A DNA stretch of 64,000 nt from Patescibacteria group bacterium (GCA_016861205.1 BOKX01000001.1:1076589-1140588); one strand, 5' to 3'; shown: positions 38,437 through 50,886, counted from the stretch's first letter. Numbers and translations are program-made. The notes: generated by a model from the sequence alone, not told the origin.

Positions 38437-38934
38437 TTAGGCCGCGTGTTTAGCGAAAGCTTCCTCTAGTTCCTTGACAGCTTCAGCCTTGCCAACGAAC
38501 TTATTGATCTTGACCCATTTGCCTGGCTCGAGATCTTTGTAATGTTCAAAAAAGTGCTTTAAACGATCCAGACGCCACTGAGGCACGTCACTTAAATCTT
38601 GCCAACCACCACACTGGATGTCTTGCTTGGTTTTTTCTGGAACACATAAGAGCTTGTGATCAATGCCCTCTTCGTCTTCCATTTCTAACATGCCGATGAC
38701 GCGAGCTTTGATCCAGGTACCTGGGGCCATTGGCTGGCTGGTCAGAACTAATGCGTCGAGTAAGTCACCATCTTTACCCTGCGCACCCTCAATAGAACCG
38801 TAGTTCTCGGGGTAAAACATGGGAGTTGGGACGAACCGATCGACGTAAATTCGACCATTTGACTCATCTTGTTCGTACTTAATGTTTGAGCCGGCTGGGA
38901 TTTCAACCAGTATATGTAATGTTTGGTCTGACAT
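38437..38934 (-). CDS. ppa: Inorganic pyrophosphatase (family I)
   Basis: EIP.GS..KYE, DR, YP.NYG, DGDLLD, DE.G.DHK, FFEHYK.LE.GK. Confidence 0.96.
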   Translation of the reverse strand: MSDQTLHILVEIPAGSNIKYEQDESNGRIYVDRFVPTPMFYPENYGSIEGAQGKDGDLLDALVLTSQPMAPGTWIKARVIGMLEMEDEEGIDHKLLCVPEKTKQDIQCGGWQDLSDVPQWRLDRLKHFFEHYKDLEPGKWVKINKFVGKAEAVKELEEAFAKHAA

Positions 38935-38973
38935 ACTGCTCCTTTTTACTTGCTTTAACTAATTCTCCTGTTG

Positions 38974-41159
<2,186 letters not shown>

Positions 41160-41174
41160 GTCGTCATGTAGGAA

Positions 41175-41873
41175 TCATGTACTCGTGGTTTGACTGAGTT
41201 GGAAGAAGGCCTGCTCGAGAACCAGCTTGACGTTGCCATTTGCCACTAAGTTTTGGTAGGCCTGCAAGAGCACTTGCTGGTGTTGGGTGGTCAGGCGAGT
41301 TGGTGGCAAGCCATGAACATATGTCACCAAAGTGTGGAGCGCGGTAACGGCTGTTTCCCGATCTGGGTACTGGCCAGCTAACTCAATGCTCTGCCAAGCT
41401 GGTGCGGTACGCAGTGTTTGATAGAGATCAGCCGGTGGCAGTTGGTCTGTTTTACTCTCTTTTTCAGGTGACATGATGGTGGTTTGAGACCAAGTGATCA
41501 GACGACAGCGACTGTGAATGGTTGGTAGCACCAAAGTGGGGTTGGCAGTGGTCAAAAGGAGTAGCGTTCGGACGGGTGGTTCCTCGAGCAACTTGAGTAA
41601 TGCGTTTTGGGCTGGAATTGAAGCCTGATCGAGCTTAGCCAAACCAATGACTCTGACTTGGCCAGGGTCGACACTGTAGCTAGTACTCATCAACAGTTCT
41701 CGAACTTGATCGATGCTAGGTGGAGTTTCACCGTTGTTGAGCCACTCGACTGCCTGGGTGGTTGGCAAATCAAACTGCTCTGTTAGCCAGGAGTGCAGTA
41801 AGTCAACATCTGGTAGGTTACTCGTAACCAGTAGTTGAGGTAAGAAAGTGGCGGATGACAGGACTCGAGTCAT
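41175..41873 (-). CDS. holB: DNA polymerase III delta-prime-like protein (short)
   Basis: SIDQVRE, AQNALLKLLEEPP, LPTIHSRC. Confidence 0.8.
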   Translation of the reverse strand: MTRVLSSATFLPQLLVTSNLPDVDLLHSWLTEQFDLPTTQAVEWLNNGETPPSIDQVRELLMSTSYSVDPGQVRVIGLAKLDQASIPAQNALLKLLEEPPVRTLLLLTTANPTLVLPTIHSRCRLITWSQTTIMSPEKESKTDQLPPADLYQTLRTAPAWQSIELAGQYPDRETAVTALHTLVTYVHGLPPTRLTTQHQQVLLQAYQNLVANGNVKLVLEQAFFQLSQTTST

Positions 41874-41886
41874 ACCAGTATTATAG

Positions 41887-43902
41887 ATGGTAGTTATGAC
41901 GGACACTGCCCCGGAAACTGTGGTGCCTAGCTCCACCCCTGATCCGGTCACTACTGCCAGCCCCTCCTCTGCCTCACCTGTTCAGACAGCTGGCGTACCT
42001 GTTCCAACATTGGAGCCAATCAAGATCGAGCCGACGGTGCCGACTCCTGTTCCGGCTGAGCCAGTAGCGTCACCAGTCCCGCCGATTTCTGCCCCGCCCA
42101 TTACTCCCGCCGCGCCGCTGACGAATCCACTTTTAGCCAGCCAACCAGCGGCTGCAACAACGCCAGACCAACCCCCACAGAGTGTCGGCGAAATTTTGTT
42201 AGCCAAAGGTTTGCTGACGAAAGAACAGTACAACCAGCTCGAGTTGGAAAACATAAACGGTGGCTCTTCCCTCGAGGCGCTCATTGAAGAGAAAAAGCTG
42301 GTTCCAGAAGAAGCCCTGACAGAGGCTCGCTCCGCGCTCAACAACATCCCCTATATTAAGTTAGAAGAAGTTGGTGTTTCCCCTGAGGCGTTGACCCAGT
42401 TGCCCGAAGGTGTCGCTCGACGCTACTTCATGTTGCCATTTGCGCTGAATAAGCAGGATCACACGTTGTCAGTGGCCATGCGTGATCCGATGGATATTTT
42501 GGCTATCGATTTTGCCGAGCAAAAAAGTGGCTATCACCTGATCCCCTACTACGCCACGCCATCCGAGCTTGAGCGCATGATTGCCGAGCGCTACGCACAA
42601 AGTCTATCGACAGAGGTGACGCAAGCATTGGAAGAGACAAAACAAGTTGCCGATGACAAACGTCAGCTACAAGACTTGTCGGTGCTGTCTGGTGAAGTGG
42701 TCAAACAAGCCCCAATTACGAAAATTGTGGAGACAGTTTTGGCATTTGCCATGAAAGCCCGAGCCTCAGATATTCATATCGAGCCACAGCCCTCCAAAAC
42801 CCGTGTTCGATATCGGATCGATGGTATTTTGGTTGAAAAATTAATTTTGCCAAAGTCTGTTCACGAAGCGGTGGTTTCCAGAATCAAGATTCTATCTGAC
42901 CTGAAAATCGACGAGAAACGGGTGCCTCAGGATGGTCGGTTCACGTTTATGTCGTCAGGCGAAGAAGTTGACTTGCGTGTTTCGACGCTGCCGACTATTC
43001 ATGGTGAAAAAGTGGTGATGCGGTTGTTGAAGAAAAACTCGACAGTTCCCAGTTTGAACGAACTAGGGCTGCGTGACTTAGCACTGCGCAAGGTTGAAGA
43101 TTCAATCAAAGTACCCCATGGCATCGTACTGGTAACCGGTCCAACTGGCTCCGGTAAAACTACTACGCTCTACTCGGTGCTGCACAAAATTAACACACCC
43201 AAAGTCAACATTGTGACTTTGGAGGATCCAGTTGAGTACCAAATGGCTGGTATCAACCAAGTTCAGATCAACCCGCAGGCTGGTTTGACGTTTGCATCGG
43301 GTCTCCGTTCATTCTTGCGGCAAGATCCCAACATTATCATGGTGGGAGAAATCCGGGATGGCGAAACAGTTGAGCTAGCTATCCAGGCGTCGTTAACTGG
43401 TCACTTGGTCTTCTCTACTCTGCACACTTCCTCGGCTGCAGGTGCTATTCCTCGTATGATTGATATGGGAGCGGAACCTTTCCTGCTGGCGTCATCTATG
43501 ACCCTAACCATGGCACAGCGGGTGGTGCGCAAGATTAATGAAGCTTACATTGAGCAATACACTCCCGAGCCACCGGTGGTTCAGGACGTTAAAAACGTCT
43601 TGGGTGATCGCTATTCAGCCTGGTGCAAACAGAACAACAAGGATCCCAACCAAATGATTCTGTACCGAGCAAAAGCGGATCGGCCGCAAACAGAACCTGA
43701 GTACAAGGGCCGAGTAGCTATTTTTGAAGTCATGCCGATTACGGAAGAAATTAGCAAGCTCATCCTTGAGCGAAAAAGTGCGGCTGACCTTGAAAAGGTA
43801 GCCATCCGAGATGGTATGCTGTTAATGAAGCAGGATGGTTATTTGAAAGCGTTAGACGGTATTACCACTATTGAGGAAGTACTGCGTGTGGCGCAGGTGT
43901 AA
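41887..43902 (+). CDS. pilB: Type IV pilus assembly ATPase (PilB/GspE) with a Pro-rich N-tail
   Basis: ASDIHIEP, RYRIDG, PQDGR, GPTGSGKTTT, LRQDP..IMVGEIRD, TGHLV.STLHT. Confidence 0.95.
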   Translation: MVVMTDTAPETVVPSSTPDPVTTASPSSASPVQTAGVPVPTLEPIKIEPTVPTPVPAEPVASPVPPISAPPITPAAPLTNPLLASQPAAATTPDQPPQSVGEILLAKGLLTKEQYNQLELENINGGSSLEALIEEKKLVPEEALTEARSALNNIPYIKLEEVGVSPEALTQLPEGVARRYFMLPFALNKQDHTLSVAMRDPMDILAIDFAEQKSGYHLIPYYATPSELERMIAERYAQSLSTEVTQALEETKQVADDKRQLQDLSVLSGEVVKQAPITKIVETVLAFAMKARASDIHIEPQPSKTRVRYRIDGILVEKLILPKSVHEAVVSRIKILSDLKIDEKRVPQDGRFTFMSSGEEVDLRVSTLPTIHGEKVVMRLLKKNSTVPSLNELGLRDLALRKVEDSIKVPHGIVLVTGPTGSGKTTTLYSVLHKINTPKVNIVTLEDPVEYQMAGINQVQINPQAGLTFASGLRSFLRQDPNIIMVGEIRDGETVELAIQASLTGHLVFSTLHTSSAAGAIPRMIDMGAEPFLLASSMTLTMAQRVVRKINEAYIEQYTPEPPVVQDVKNVLGDRYSAWCKQNNKDPNQMILYRAKADRPQTEPEYKGRVAIFEVMPITEEISKLILERKSAADLEKVAIRDGMLLMKQDGYLKALDGITTIEEVLRVAQV

Positions 43903-44021
43903 GTACAGTTTTGTAGTAAGCGAATTGGAAGTTAGGAGACTAGAACAATTAAGGAGTTTTAAACTTGTCTTTTGCCTGATTTCTCTCTGGAAGGTAAAAG
44001 ACAAGTTTAAAACGAACTTTT

Positions 44022-45080
44022 ATGAACATTCACGACATTCTCCAACTAGCGGTTGATAAAGATGCTTCAGATATTCACTTGATCACTAAAATTCCGATCA
44101 TGCTGCGGGTTCACGGCCAACTGTCACCCGTGGAGGGATCGCCTCCCCAGCTGACTCCGGAACAAGCTGAGGCGCTGATTTTTCCGCTCATGACCCAGGA
44201 GCAAAAAGACTATGTTTTGGTAAACAAGGAAATTGACTTTGGGTACCAGTACAAAGATCTCGGTCGGTTCCGTATCAATGTGTACCACCAACAAGGTGCC
44301 ATGGCAGCCGCTTTGCGGTTGATTCCGTCGCGGGTCAAGAGCATCGAAGAACTGCAGTTACCGCAAGTTTTTTACCAGTTTACTGAGTACAAACAGGGCT
44401 TAGTGTTAGTGACCGGTCCGACTGGTGAAGGTAAGTCAACAACCTTAGCTGCGCTGATTGAACATATTAACGCCAACCGAAGTGAACACATCCTGACAAT
44501 TGAAGACCCTATCGAGTTTGTCTACACCCCACGCAACAGTATCGTGTCTCAACGGGAGATCAATCATGACACCAACGGCTGGGAAGTTGCGTTGCGGTCT
44601 GCTTTGCGCGAGGACCCTGACGTAGTACTCGTTGGTGAGTTACGCGACTACGAAACGATCGCATCGGCCATGACGATTGCTGAAACCGGACACTTAGTGT
44701 TTGCCACACTTCATACTTCGACGGCGGCCCAAACAATCGATCGTATCATCGATGTGTTCCCTGCCCATCAACAGGGCCAGGTTCGGCAACAGTTGGCCTC
44801 GTCTTTACAGGCAGTAGTGTCGCAGCGCTTGATCCCTAAAGTGGATGGCGGCCGAGTTCCGGCATTCGAGATCATGTTGGCAACGCCAGCTATTCGCAAC
44901 CTGATCCGTGAACAGAAGACCTTCCAAATCGACAACGTCATTCAGACCTCAGCTGAGCAAGGTATGTCACTGATTGAAACCTACTTGTGGAACCTCGTGC
45001 AACGAGGCGCAGTTAACCACGATAAAGCCCGTGAACATGCGTTTCGCCCTGATGAGTTTGATCGCCTAGGAGGTAGATAA
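44022..45080 (+). CDS. pilT: Pilus retraction ATPase
   Basis: ASDIH, RFR.N, GPTGEGKSTT, LREDPD, AIRNLIRE. Confidence 0.96.
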   Translation: MNIHDILQLAVDKDASDIHLITKIPIMLRVHGQLSPVEGSPPQLTPEQAEALIFPLMTQEQKDYVLVNKEIDFGYQYKDLGRFRINVYHQQGAMAAALRLIPSRVKSIEELQLPQVFYQFTEYKQGLVLVTGPTGEGKSTTLAALIEHINANRSEHILTIEDPIEFVYTPRNSIVSQREINHDTNGWEVALRSALREDPDVVLVGELRDYETIASAMTIAETGHLVFATLHTSTAAQTIDRIIDVFPAHQQGQVRQQLASSLQAVVSQRLIPKVDGGRVPAFEIMLATPAIRNLIREQKTFQIDNVIQTSAEQGMSLIETYLWNLVQRGAVNHDKAREHAFRPDEFDRLGGR

Positions 45081-46282
45081 TGGCATTGTTTGCTTACTCT
45101 GCCAAGAACGATCACGGTGAGCCGGTAAAGGGCAAGGTTGAAGCCCAAACCAAACAACAAGCGGTGGCGGCCTTGCGTGGCCGAAACTTGCTGGTGATTA
45201 GTATTCGCCCAGTTAGTGAAGAGTCATTCGCCATTCTCAAAACCCTGATGTTTGGGATTAAGGCAGATGATGTGGTGAACTTAACTCGTCAACTTTCAAC
45301 CATGATTACCGCTGGTCTGCCGTTGACGCAGGCCTTGGCCATCTTGGAACAACAGGGCAAGCCAGCCTTGATTAAGGTTGTTGGTCAAGTGAAAGCAGAC
45401 ATTGAAGGTGGCAGTACGTTTGCGGCAGCTCTGGCCAAGCATCCCAAGGTTTTTTCTCGCGTCTATATACAGTTAGTGCGGGCTGGCGAAACCGGTGGTG
45501 TCCTCGATGAGGTGTTGCTTCGGTTAGCAGACAACATGGAAAAGGACAAAGAGTTTCGTGCCAAGACTAAAGGTGCGTTGATCTATCCAGTGATTGTGGT
45601 GATTGCGATGATCATCGTCGCCATGGTCATGATGATTTTTGTAATTCCCAAACTGACCGAAATGTACAAGGATTTCGGGGCAGATTTGCCATTGGCTACC
45701 CAACTCCTAATTGACACCTCAACCCTCGTTTCCCGTTTTTGGTGGTTGCTGGGCGTTTTCGGTGCAGTTGGAGTGATGTTTTTCCGCAGCTGGGGTAAAA
45801 CGCACGCCGGCCAAGTTGCCATCGACAGTTTTTTGCTGAGAATGCCGGTCTTTGGTGTTCTGCGTCAAAAAGCCATGCTCACTGAGTTGACACGGACATT
45901 AGCTTTGTTGCTTGGGGCGGGTATCTCACTGCTGCAGGCTTTAGAAATTGTGTCAGATTCGGCAAATAATATCCTGTACCGTGAAGCTTTGGCCGATATT
46001 GCCAAACAAGTTGAGAAAGGTATTTCTCTCGCTCAGGCGGTCGGGGTGCATGCCATTTTCCCCCCACTCCTCTATCAAATGGTGGCGGTGGGTGAAGAGA
46101 CCGGTAAACTCGACGATGTATTGATGAAGTTATCAGCGTACTTTCAGTCGGAAAGTGAACACGCGATTAAAAATCTGACAACAGCCTTAGAGCCAATTAT
46201 CATGATTGTGCTGGGGTTGGGTGTGGGTTTGATGGTCATTGCGATCATCATGCCAATTTACAATCTCACCAGTCAGTTCTAG
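45080..46282 (+). CDS. pilC: Type IV pilus platform protein (PilC/GspF)
   Basis: RQLSTM..AG, GE.GG.LD, ALIYP, GEETG.LD, LEP. Confidence 0.95.
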   Translation: MALFAYSAKNDHGEPVKGKVEAQTKQQAVAALRGRNLLVISIRPVSEESFAILKTLMFGIKADDVVNLTRQLSTMITAGLPLTQALAILEQQGKPALIKVVGQVKADIEGGSTFAAALAKHPKVFSRVYIQLVRAGETGGVLDEVLLRLADNMEKDKEFRAKTKGALIYPVIVVIAMIIVAMVMMIFVIPKLTEMYKDFGADLPLATQLLIDTSTLVSRFWWLLGVFGAVGVMFFRSWGKTHAGQVAIDSFLLRMPVFGVLRQKAMLTELTRTLALLLGAGISLLQALEIVSDSANNILYREALADIAKQVEKGISLAQAVGVHAIFPPLLYQMVAVGEETGKLDDVLMKLSAYFQSESEHAIKNLTTALEPIIMIVLGLGVGLMVIAIIMPIYNLTSQF

Positions 46283-46325
46283 CTCTGTTACTGTTAACGT
46301 GAATCTAGTTGCTCTGGAATATTGA

Positions 46326-46386
46326 TTGTTTTCAGGATAAGTTAGAGAGCGCCTTTTTAGCGCTCGAGAACTTATCCTGAAAACAA
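46326..46386. repeat. 18-bp perfect inverted repeat upstream of the pilin
   Basis: TTGTTTTCAGGATAAGTT / AACTTATCCTGAAAACAA with an inner GAGCGC/GCGCTC stem. Confidence 0.85.
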
Positions 46387-46426
46387 CCCTTGCAATCAAC
46401 TTAAAAAATGGTGTACCCTGGAGAAT

Positions 46427-47035
46427 ATGAAACGAATTGCTTCCTACGCTCAGCGGTACCTCAATCAATGTTTGTCAGTCGCTTCCCAAGCAGCTGGTTT
46501 TACCATGATCGAGTTGCTGGTGGTTATCTCGGTAATTGGTGTTTTGGCGGTGGCTGTGCTCTCCTCCATCAACCCTATCGAGCAGATTAACAAAGGTCGA
46601 GACACTCGAACCCGTTCAGACGCAGCACAATTGATCAACGCTGTCGACCGCTACTACGCTATTCACGAAGTGTATCCTTGGAACACTGACAATGGTGCTT
46701 ACACCGCTGCTTCAGCTTTGCCAGAAGATGCCTTTGAAGAGGCTGGTGGCCAAGCTGGTTGGGGCTGGGTCCAGATCTTGGAAGACACCGCTGAAGTCAA
46801 GCAAGGTTTTGTGAACCGCGTGATTGCTGATGACGAGATCCGTATCTTCAAGGCGCAAGGTGCCAACGAAACCATGTACGCTTGTTTCGAGCCGACCTCA
46901 CAAGCTTTCCAACAAGAGGCCGTCACCAACTGTACCAACGGGACAACTCCCGCTGATGGCAGTGCCAACGTTGACCCATGTCCGCCAACTCCGACGCTCA
47001 ATGTTGACCCGCCAGAGCTAATCTGTCTCCCGTAA
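46427..47035 (+). CDS. Type IV pilin (probable major pilin)
   Basis: GFTMIELLVV class III signal; bounded by an upstream hairpin and its own terminator. Confidence 0.9.
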   Translation: MKRIASYAQRYLNQCLSVASQAAGFTMIELLVVISVIGVLAVAVLSSINPIEQINKGRDTRTRSDAAQLINAVDRYYAIHEVYPWNTDNGAYTAASALPEDAFEEAGGQAGWGWVQILEDTAEVKQGFVNRVIADDEIRIFKAQGANETMYACFEPTSQAFQQEAVTNCTNGTTPADGSANVDPCPPTPTLNVDPPELICLP

Positions 47036-47058
47036 TCGAGACACTCACCAAGAAACTG

Positions 47059-47086
47059 AAACCCCCTCGCCTAGGCGAGGGGGTTT
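47059..47086 (+). terminator. Intrinsic terminator after the pilin
   Basis: AAACCCCCTCGCCTAGGCGAGGGGGTTT. Confidence 0.8.
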
Positions 47087-47118
47087 GCGTTTCGGAGGAA
47101 AAGTTTTTATACTCAGGC

Positions 47119-47925
47119 ATGACCTTTTTATTGGTGTCTGGTTTGTTGTTTTTGATTGGAGCTATCTTTGGTAGTTTTTTAAATGTGATTATTTACCGGA
47201 CAGTCAACGATGAGTCTTGGGTTTGGGGCCGGTCAAAGTGTGAAAACTGTCTCAAGCAAATTGCTTGGTATGACAACATTCCGGTGATTTCTTTTTTGAT
47301 TCTAAGAGCTCGCTGTCGGTGGTGCCGAAAACCTATTTCTTTCACGCACCCGGTTTTGGAGTTTTTAACCGGTGCTTTGTTCGTCTGGTGGTACTGGGCG
47401 GGCTCGTTCTTTTTTCAGCTGACGCAACGGCCCTTTCAGACACTGCAACCACTCTTTTGGTTAACAGTGGGAGTCATCTTGCTGGCGATCTTTTTTGCCG
47501 ATCTGCTGTATTATCAGATTCCCGACATTTTGAGTGGTAGTCTGCTGATTATTACGATTGCATATCGGGTGGCATTAACTCTTTTTGGAGTGATGCAGCT
47601 GAGAGACTTGGGATTTGCAGTAATGGCGGTGGTTTTAGGCGTACTGTTTTTTGGAAGTCTTTTCCTCATTACGAAAGGTAAGGGAATGGGGTTGGGAGAC
47701 GTTAAAATTGCTGCTCCCCTAGCGCTGCTGGTGGGATGGCCTGGTTTTCTGGTGACAGTGTTTGGAGCTTTCGTGATGGGCGCGGTGGTGGCGCTGAGCT
47801 TAGTTGTGGCCAAACGACGCAAGTTTGGGCAGGTAGTACCGTTTGGGCCTTTTTTGATCGTAGGCACGTTTGTGGCTTTGCTCTGGGGTGATCAACTGGT
47901 GGCCTGGTACCTTACTTTAATTTAA
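47119..47925 (+). CDS. pilD: Prepilin peptidase
   Basis: GSFLNV..YR, CxxC...CxxC, D....IPD, GMGLGDVK, PFGPFL. Confidence 0.96.
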   Translation: MTFLLVSGLLFLIGAIFGSFLNVIIYRTVNDESWVWGRSKCENCLKQIAWYDNIPVISFLILRARCRWCRKPISFTHPVLEFLTGALFVWWYWAGSFFFQLTQRPFQTLQPLFWLTVGVILLAIFFADLLYYQIPDILSGSLLIITIAYRVALTLFGVMQLRDLGFAVMAVVLGVLFFGSLFLITKGKGMGLGDVKIAAPLALLVGWPGFLVTVFGAFVMGAVVALSLVVAKRRKFGQVVPFGPFLIVGTFVALLWGDQLVAWYLTLI

Positions 47926-48069
47926 ATTCCTGAAACCTTCCAACCTCTGATTGGCGACAGCGAAGACTGTGAAGTAGCACTATTTAGTGGAGGCAAACTG
48001 CAGAGTTTGGTGGTGGTGCCAAACGTTTAGAAGGTTTCAGGAGTTAAGATTTGTTCTATACTGAGTGGT

Positions 48070-48981
48070 ATGCGAGTACTGCGCACTTTTTTGAGTTCAT
48101 TGATTTTACTGGGATTGGCAGCTGGCATCGTTGGCTTAATTGCTCGTGAAGTACTGCTGGTTATGGCAGTTGGGGTGGTGCGAGAGGCAGTTTCAGAAAT
48201 TCGAAATCAGTCTGTCCAACAAGGTAATTTTGTTCAGGAGTGCCTGAGCCGAGGCGGTGGGAGTGATGGTGAATCTCCCGTCAGTGCTATTCAACTCCGC
48301 TTCACTTCGGATACCGAGTTTGTAACTGAGGTCGTCTGTTCCCAGACGCAGTTTGAATCACTCATTACCAGCACCCGCGAGCTGCCGTGGATGGTCCGAA
48401 AAGTGCCAGGTACATCAGGTATTATTTGGAGTGATGCACGGTCTGGTATTGAGCTGGAAGTGTTTGGTCGTCACCGAGCTGTCATTATTGAGAATCGGAC
48501 GGTTGAGTATAGTTCGGACGAGAATGTTGACCTGGGTATCGGTCCGGTTACGACTTGCGAGGGCTACGGGTTTACTTGTTGTGCACTCGATAGCCAGGTG
48601 GGATTGGATAGTCAGTGGAATCAAGCTACAAACTGTCCCCGCTCGTGTTACAGCCGCTGTGTATCAAGACCGGTGGTTTTGTCGGTGGCAACGGACCCAT
48701 ACTATGAACTGGAAACTCGACGTGTAGCTATCAGCTCAGGTCAGTCGGTGGTGTTCACGGTTTTAGTGGAGGTTGGGCAAGCTAGCCCCGCGCAAGTTCA
48801 CCTCGACTTTGGTGATGGGCAAAGTGAAACAGGTAACGAGAACACGGAAACATACACACACACCTACACTTGTTCGCAGCCGAGTTGTGAGTACCGAGCT
48901 AAGGTTTTGATTACTGACTCAAAAGGCATCACTTCAACCGAGACGCTATCGAGTTCCTTAACCGTAGTGGTCACACCGTAA
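48070..48981 (+). CDS. Membrane-anchored Cys-containing protein with a C-terminal PKD-like domain
   Basis: N-terminal TM; DFGDG...THTY...Y...V..TD..G. Confidence 0.75.
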   Translation: MRVLRTFLSSLILLGLAAGIVGLIAREVLLVMAVGVVREAVSEIRNQSVQQGNFVQECLSRGGGSDGESPVSAIQLRFTSDTEFVTEVVCSQTQFESLITSTRELPWMVRKVPGTSGIIWSDARSGIELEVFGRHRAVIIENRTVEYSSDENVDLGIGPVTTCEGYGFTCCALDSQVGLDSQWNQATNCPRSCYSRCVSRPVVLSVATDPYYELETRRVAISSGQSVVFTVLVEVGQASPAQVHLDFGDGQSETGNENTETYTHTYTCSQPSCEYRAKVLITDSKGITSTETLSSSLTVVVTP

Positions 48982-49002
48982 AAAATGCGTTATGCTGAGG
49001 AT

Positions 49003-49476
49003 ATGAAGAGTCTTTTCTCCCGCTTGTCGGTCTGGTCTCCCCAACCAAAAATTGCCTCGCGACGTGGATTTACGTTGCTGGAGTTGTTGGTCGTGATTGC
49101 CATTTTGGGTATCTTAATGGCCATGGGAGCAGTCGCCTTCTCTACTGCGCAACGGCAAGGTCGAGATGCCAAGCGACGCGCTGATATGAAAGCGCTGCAG
49201 GGTGCATTCGAGCAGTATTACGCCGAAAATAACTCCAGTTACGGTGCGAACTGTGCAGCTATGGCGGTGAGTCCCTACATTCCTAGTGGTATGCCGGTTG
49301 ATCCACAGTCACCCAACTTAGATTACACTTGTACGTTAAATGTGAACTTAACCAGTTACTGTTCGTGTGCTGAGTTAGAAAATGCTGGGACAGGTAATGC
49401 CAACTCAGCTGGGGCGGCTGGCGTCTGTAGTTTTGCGACTGGTGGCAACTTTTACTGCGTCACTAATTTACAGTAA
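49003..49476 (+). CDS. Type IV pilin/pseudopilin
   Basis: GFTLLELLVV; RDAKRRADM..LQ.A.E.YY. Confidence 0.92.
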   Translation: MKSLFSRLSVWSPQPKIASRRGFTLLELLVVIAILGILMAMGAVAFSTAQRQGRDAKRRADMKALQGAFEQYYAENNSSYGANCAAMAVSPYIPSGMPVDPQSPNLDYTCTLNVNLTSYCSCAELENAGTGNANSAGAAGVCSFATGGNFYCVTNLQ

Positions 49477-49504
49477 GACTAGCTTAAGGGCGGAGGCCCT
49501 GTGT

Positions 49505-49912
49505 ATGTCACACTTTTTTACCCGAACTACCCGTCCAACTTACCAACGTGGTTTTACCATGATCGAGTTGCTGGTGGTGACAACCATTATCATTGTGTTA
49601 TCAACGATTGGCTTAGTCAGTTATCGCCAAGCTACCATGCGGACACGCAACAGCAAGCGACAAGGTGACATGGAGACAGTGCGCCAAGCTTTGGTTTTGT
49701 ATCGGACTGACAACTCAACCTATCCAGCGTCCATCAACTGGAACACCATGAGTCCCATCGAGTCTTACTTGAGTGTGACATCGATGACTGATCCCAAAAA
49801 CACCAACCCATACACCTATACCTACACCCAAACGAATAGTGGGACTGGTTTTACGTTGTGCTACTACTTGGAGCCTGATCCAGGCTCACAGCGGTGTTTA
49901 GCGAATCCGTAG
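49505..49912 (+). CDS. Type IV pilin/pseudopilin
   Basis: GFTMIELLVV; R.SKR.GD...R.AL..Y. Confidence 0.92.
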   Translation: MSHFFTRTTRPTYQRGFTMIELLVVTTIIIVLSTIGLVSYRQATMRTRNSKRQGDMETVRQALVLYRTDNSTYPASINWNTMSPIESYLSVTSMTDPKNTNPYTYTYTQTNSGTGFTLCYYLEPDPGSQRCLANP

Positions 49913-49919
49913 GTTTGTT

Positions 49920-50420
49920 ATGAATATTTTGGCCAGCCCGTCTACCCGCTCCACGTCACAAGGTGGTTTTACGTTACTGGAAATGTTGATTGCCACAGTG
50001 GTGATGATGATGATGACTGGCATTGGTCTGGCTTCGTACCTTCGGTTTACCGAACGTCAAACGTTGAGAAATGCCGGAAAAGAGTTGCAAACGTACATGC
50101 GAGCAGCTCAAAGTCGAGCGCGCTCGGGAGATCGTCCCACCGGCTGTGCGCAACTGTTTGGTTATGCGGTGACAGGCGCAAATGGGGGTGTTCAGATTCA
50201 GCTGTCAGCTGTCTGTGAGAACGGGGTGGAAGTGGTGACTGACACTTACACGCTTCCCTCGGGATCAACATTGGGTGGAGCTTTAGATATGACGTTTGGT
50301 AGTTTAAAAGGTGGCGTGACGGGTGCTGGCACAGTAACGCTCATTTCTGGTGCTCAAGAGTACGAATTCACAGTTAGCCAAGGAGGAGAGATCGGCGATG
50401 GTGACATTGTGGCCCAGTAA
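49920..50420 (+). CDS. Minor pilin (FimT/GspH-like)
   Basis: GFTLLEMLI; R.AQ.RA.SG. Confidence 0.88.
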   Translation: MNILASPSTRSTSQGGFTLLEMLIATVVMMMMTGIGLASYLRFTERQTLRNAGKELQTYMRAAQSRARSGDRPTGCAQLFGYAVTGANGGVQIQLSAVCENGVEVVTDTYTLPSGSTLGGALDMTFGSLKGGVTGAGTVTLISGAQEYEFTVSQGGEIGDGDIVAQ

Positions 50421-50886
50421 ACAAGTTGTCAGGCGGTTCACTGCTTCATCAGGCCAAAGTATCGTCGAGGTGCTGATTGCAGTGGCGGTGGTAGCGGTAG
50501 TACTAACCACGGTGGCTGCTGGGCTCACCTACTCCGTCAAAACGACTTCTGAAGCTCGCTATCGCGCCTTCGCTACTAACTATGCTCAGGATGCCATAGA
50601 GGTGTTTAGGCGAGAACGAGCGACTTTGGGCTGGGAGTTATTCCGAGACAACATTGAAGCTGGAACCACTTGTTTGAATACCCTGCCAGCAACGACCGAC
50701 GCTTTTGTCAACTTAACCCCGGCGGCTTGTACGGTAGGTGTCCCGATGCTTGGCATGGATTTCCGCAGAGAGGTGGTTGTCACCTTTTTGAGTCCCGATG
50801 AAATCCAAGTTGAAGCGGTGGTGAGTTGGACTGATGGGAACCGTAGCCCAGAGATTAGTGTGGTTCAACAGTTCCGGGCTTACTAG
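50398..50886 (+). CDS. Minor pilin (PilV/GspI-like)
   Basis: GQSIVEVLIAV; A..YAQ.AIE..R; V.VSW. Confidence 0.88.
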   Translation: MVTLWPSKQVVRRFTASSGQSIVEVLIAVAVVAVVLTTVAAGLTYSVKTTSEARYRAFATNYAQDAIEVFRRERATLGWELFRDNIEAGTTCLNTLPATTDAFVNLTPAACTVGVPMLGMDFRREVVVTFLSPDEIQVEAVVSWTDGNRSPEISVVQQFRAY

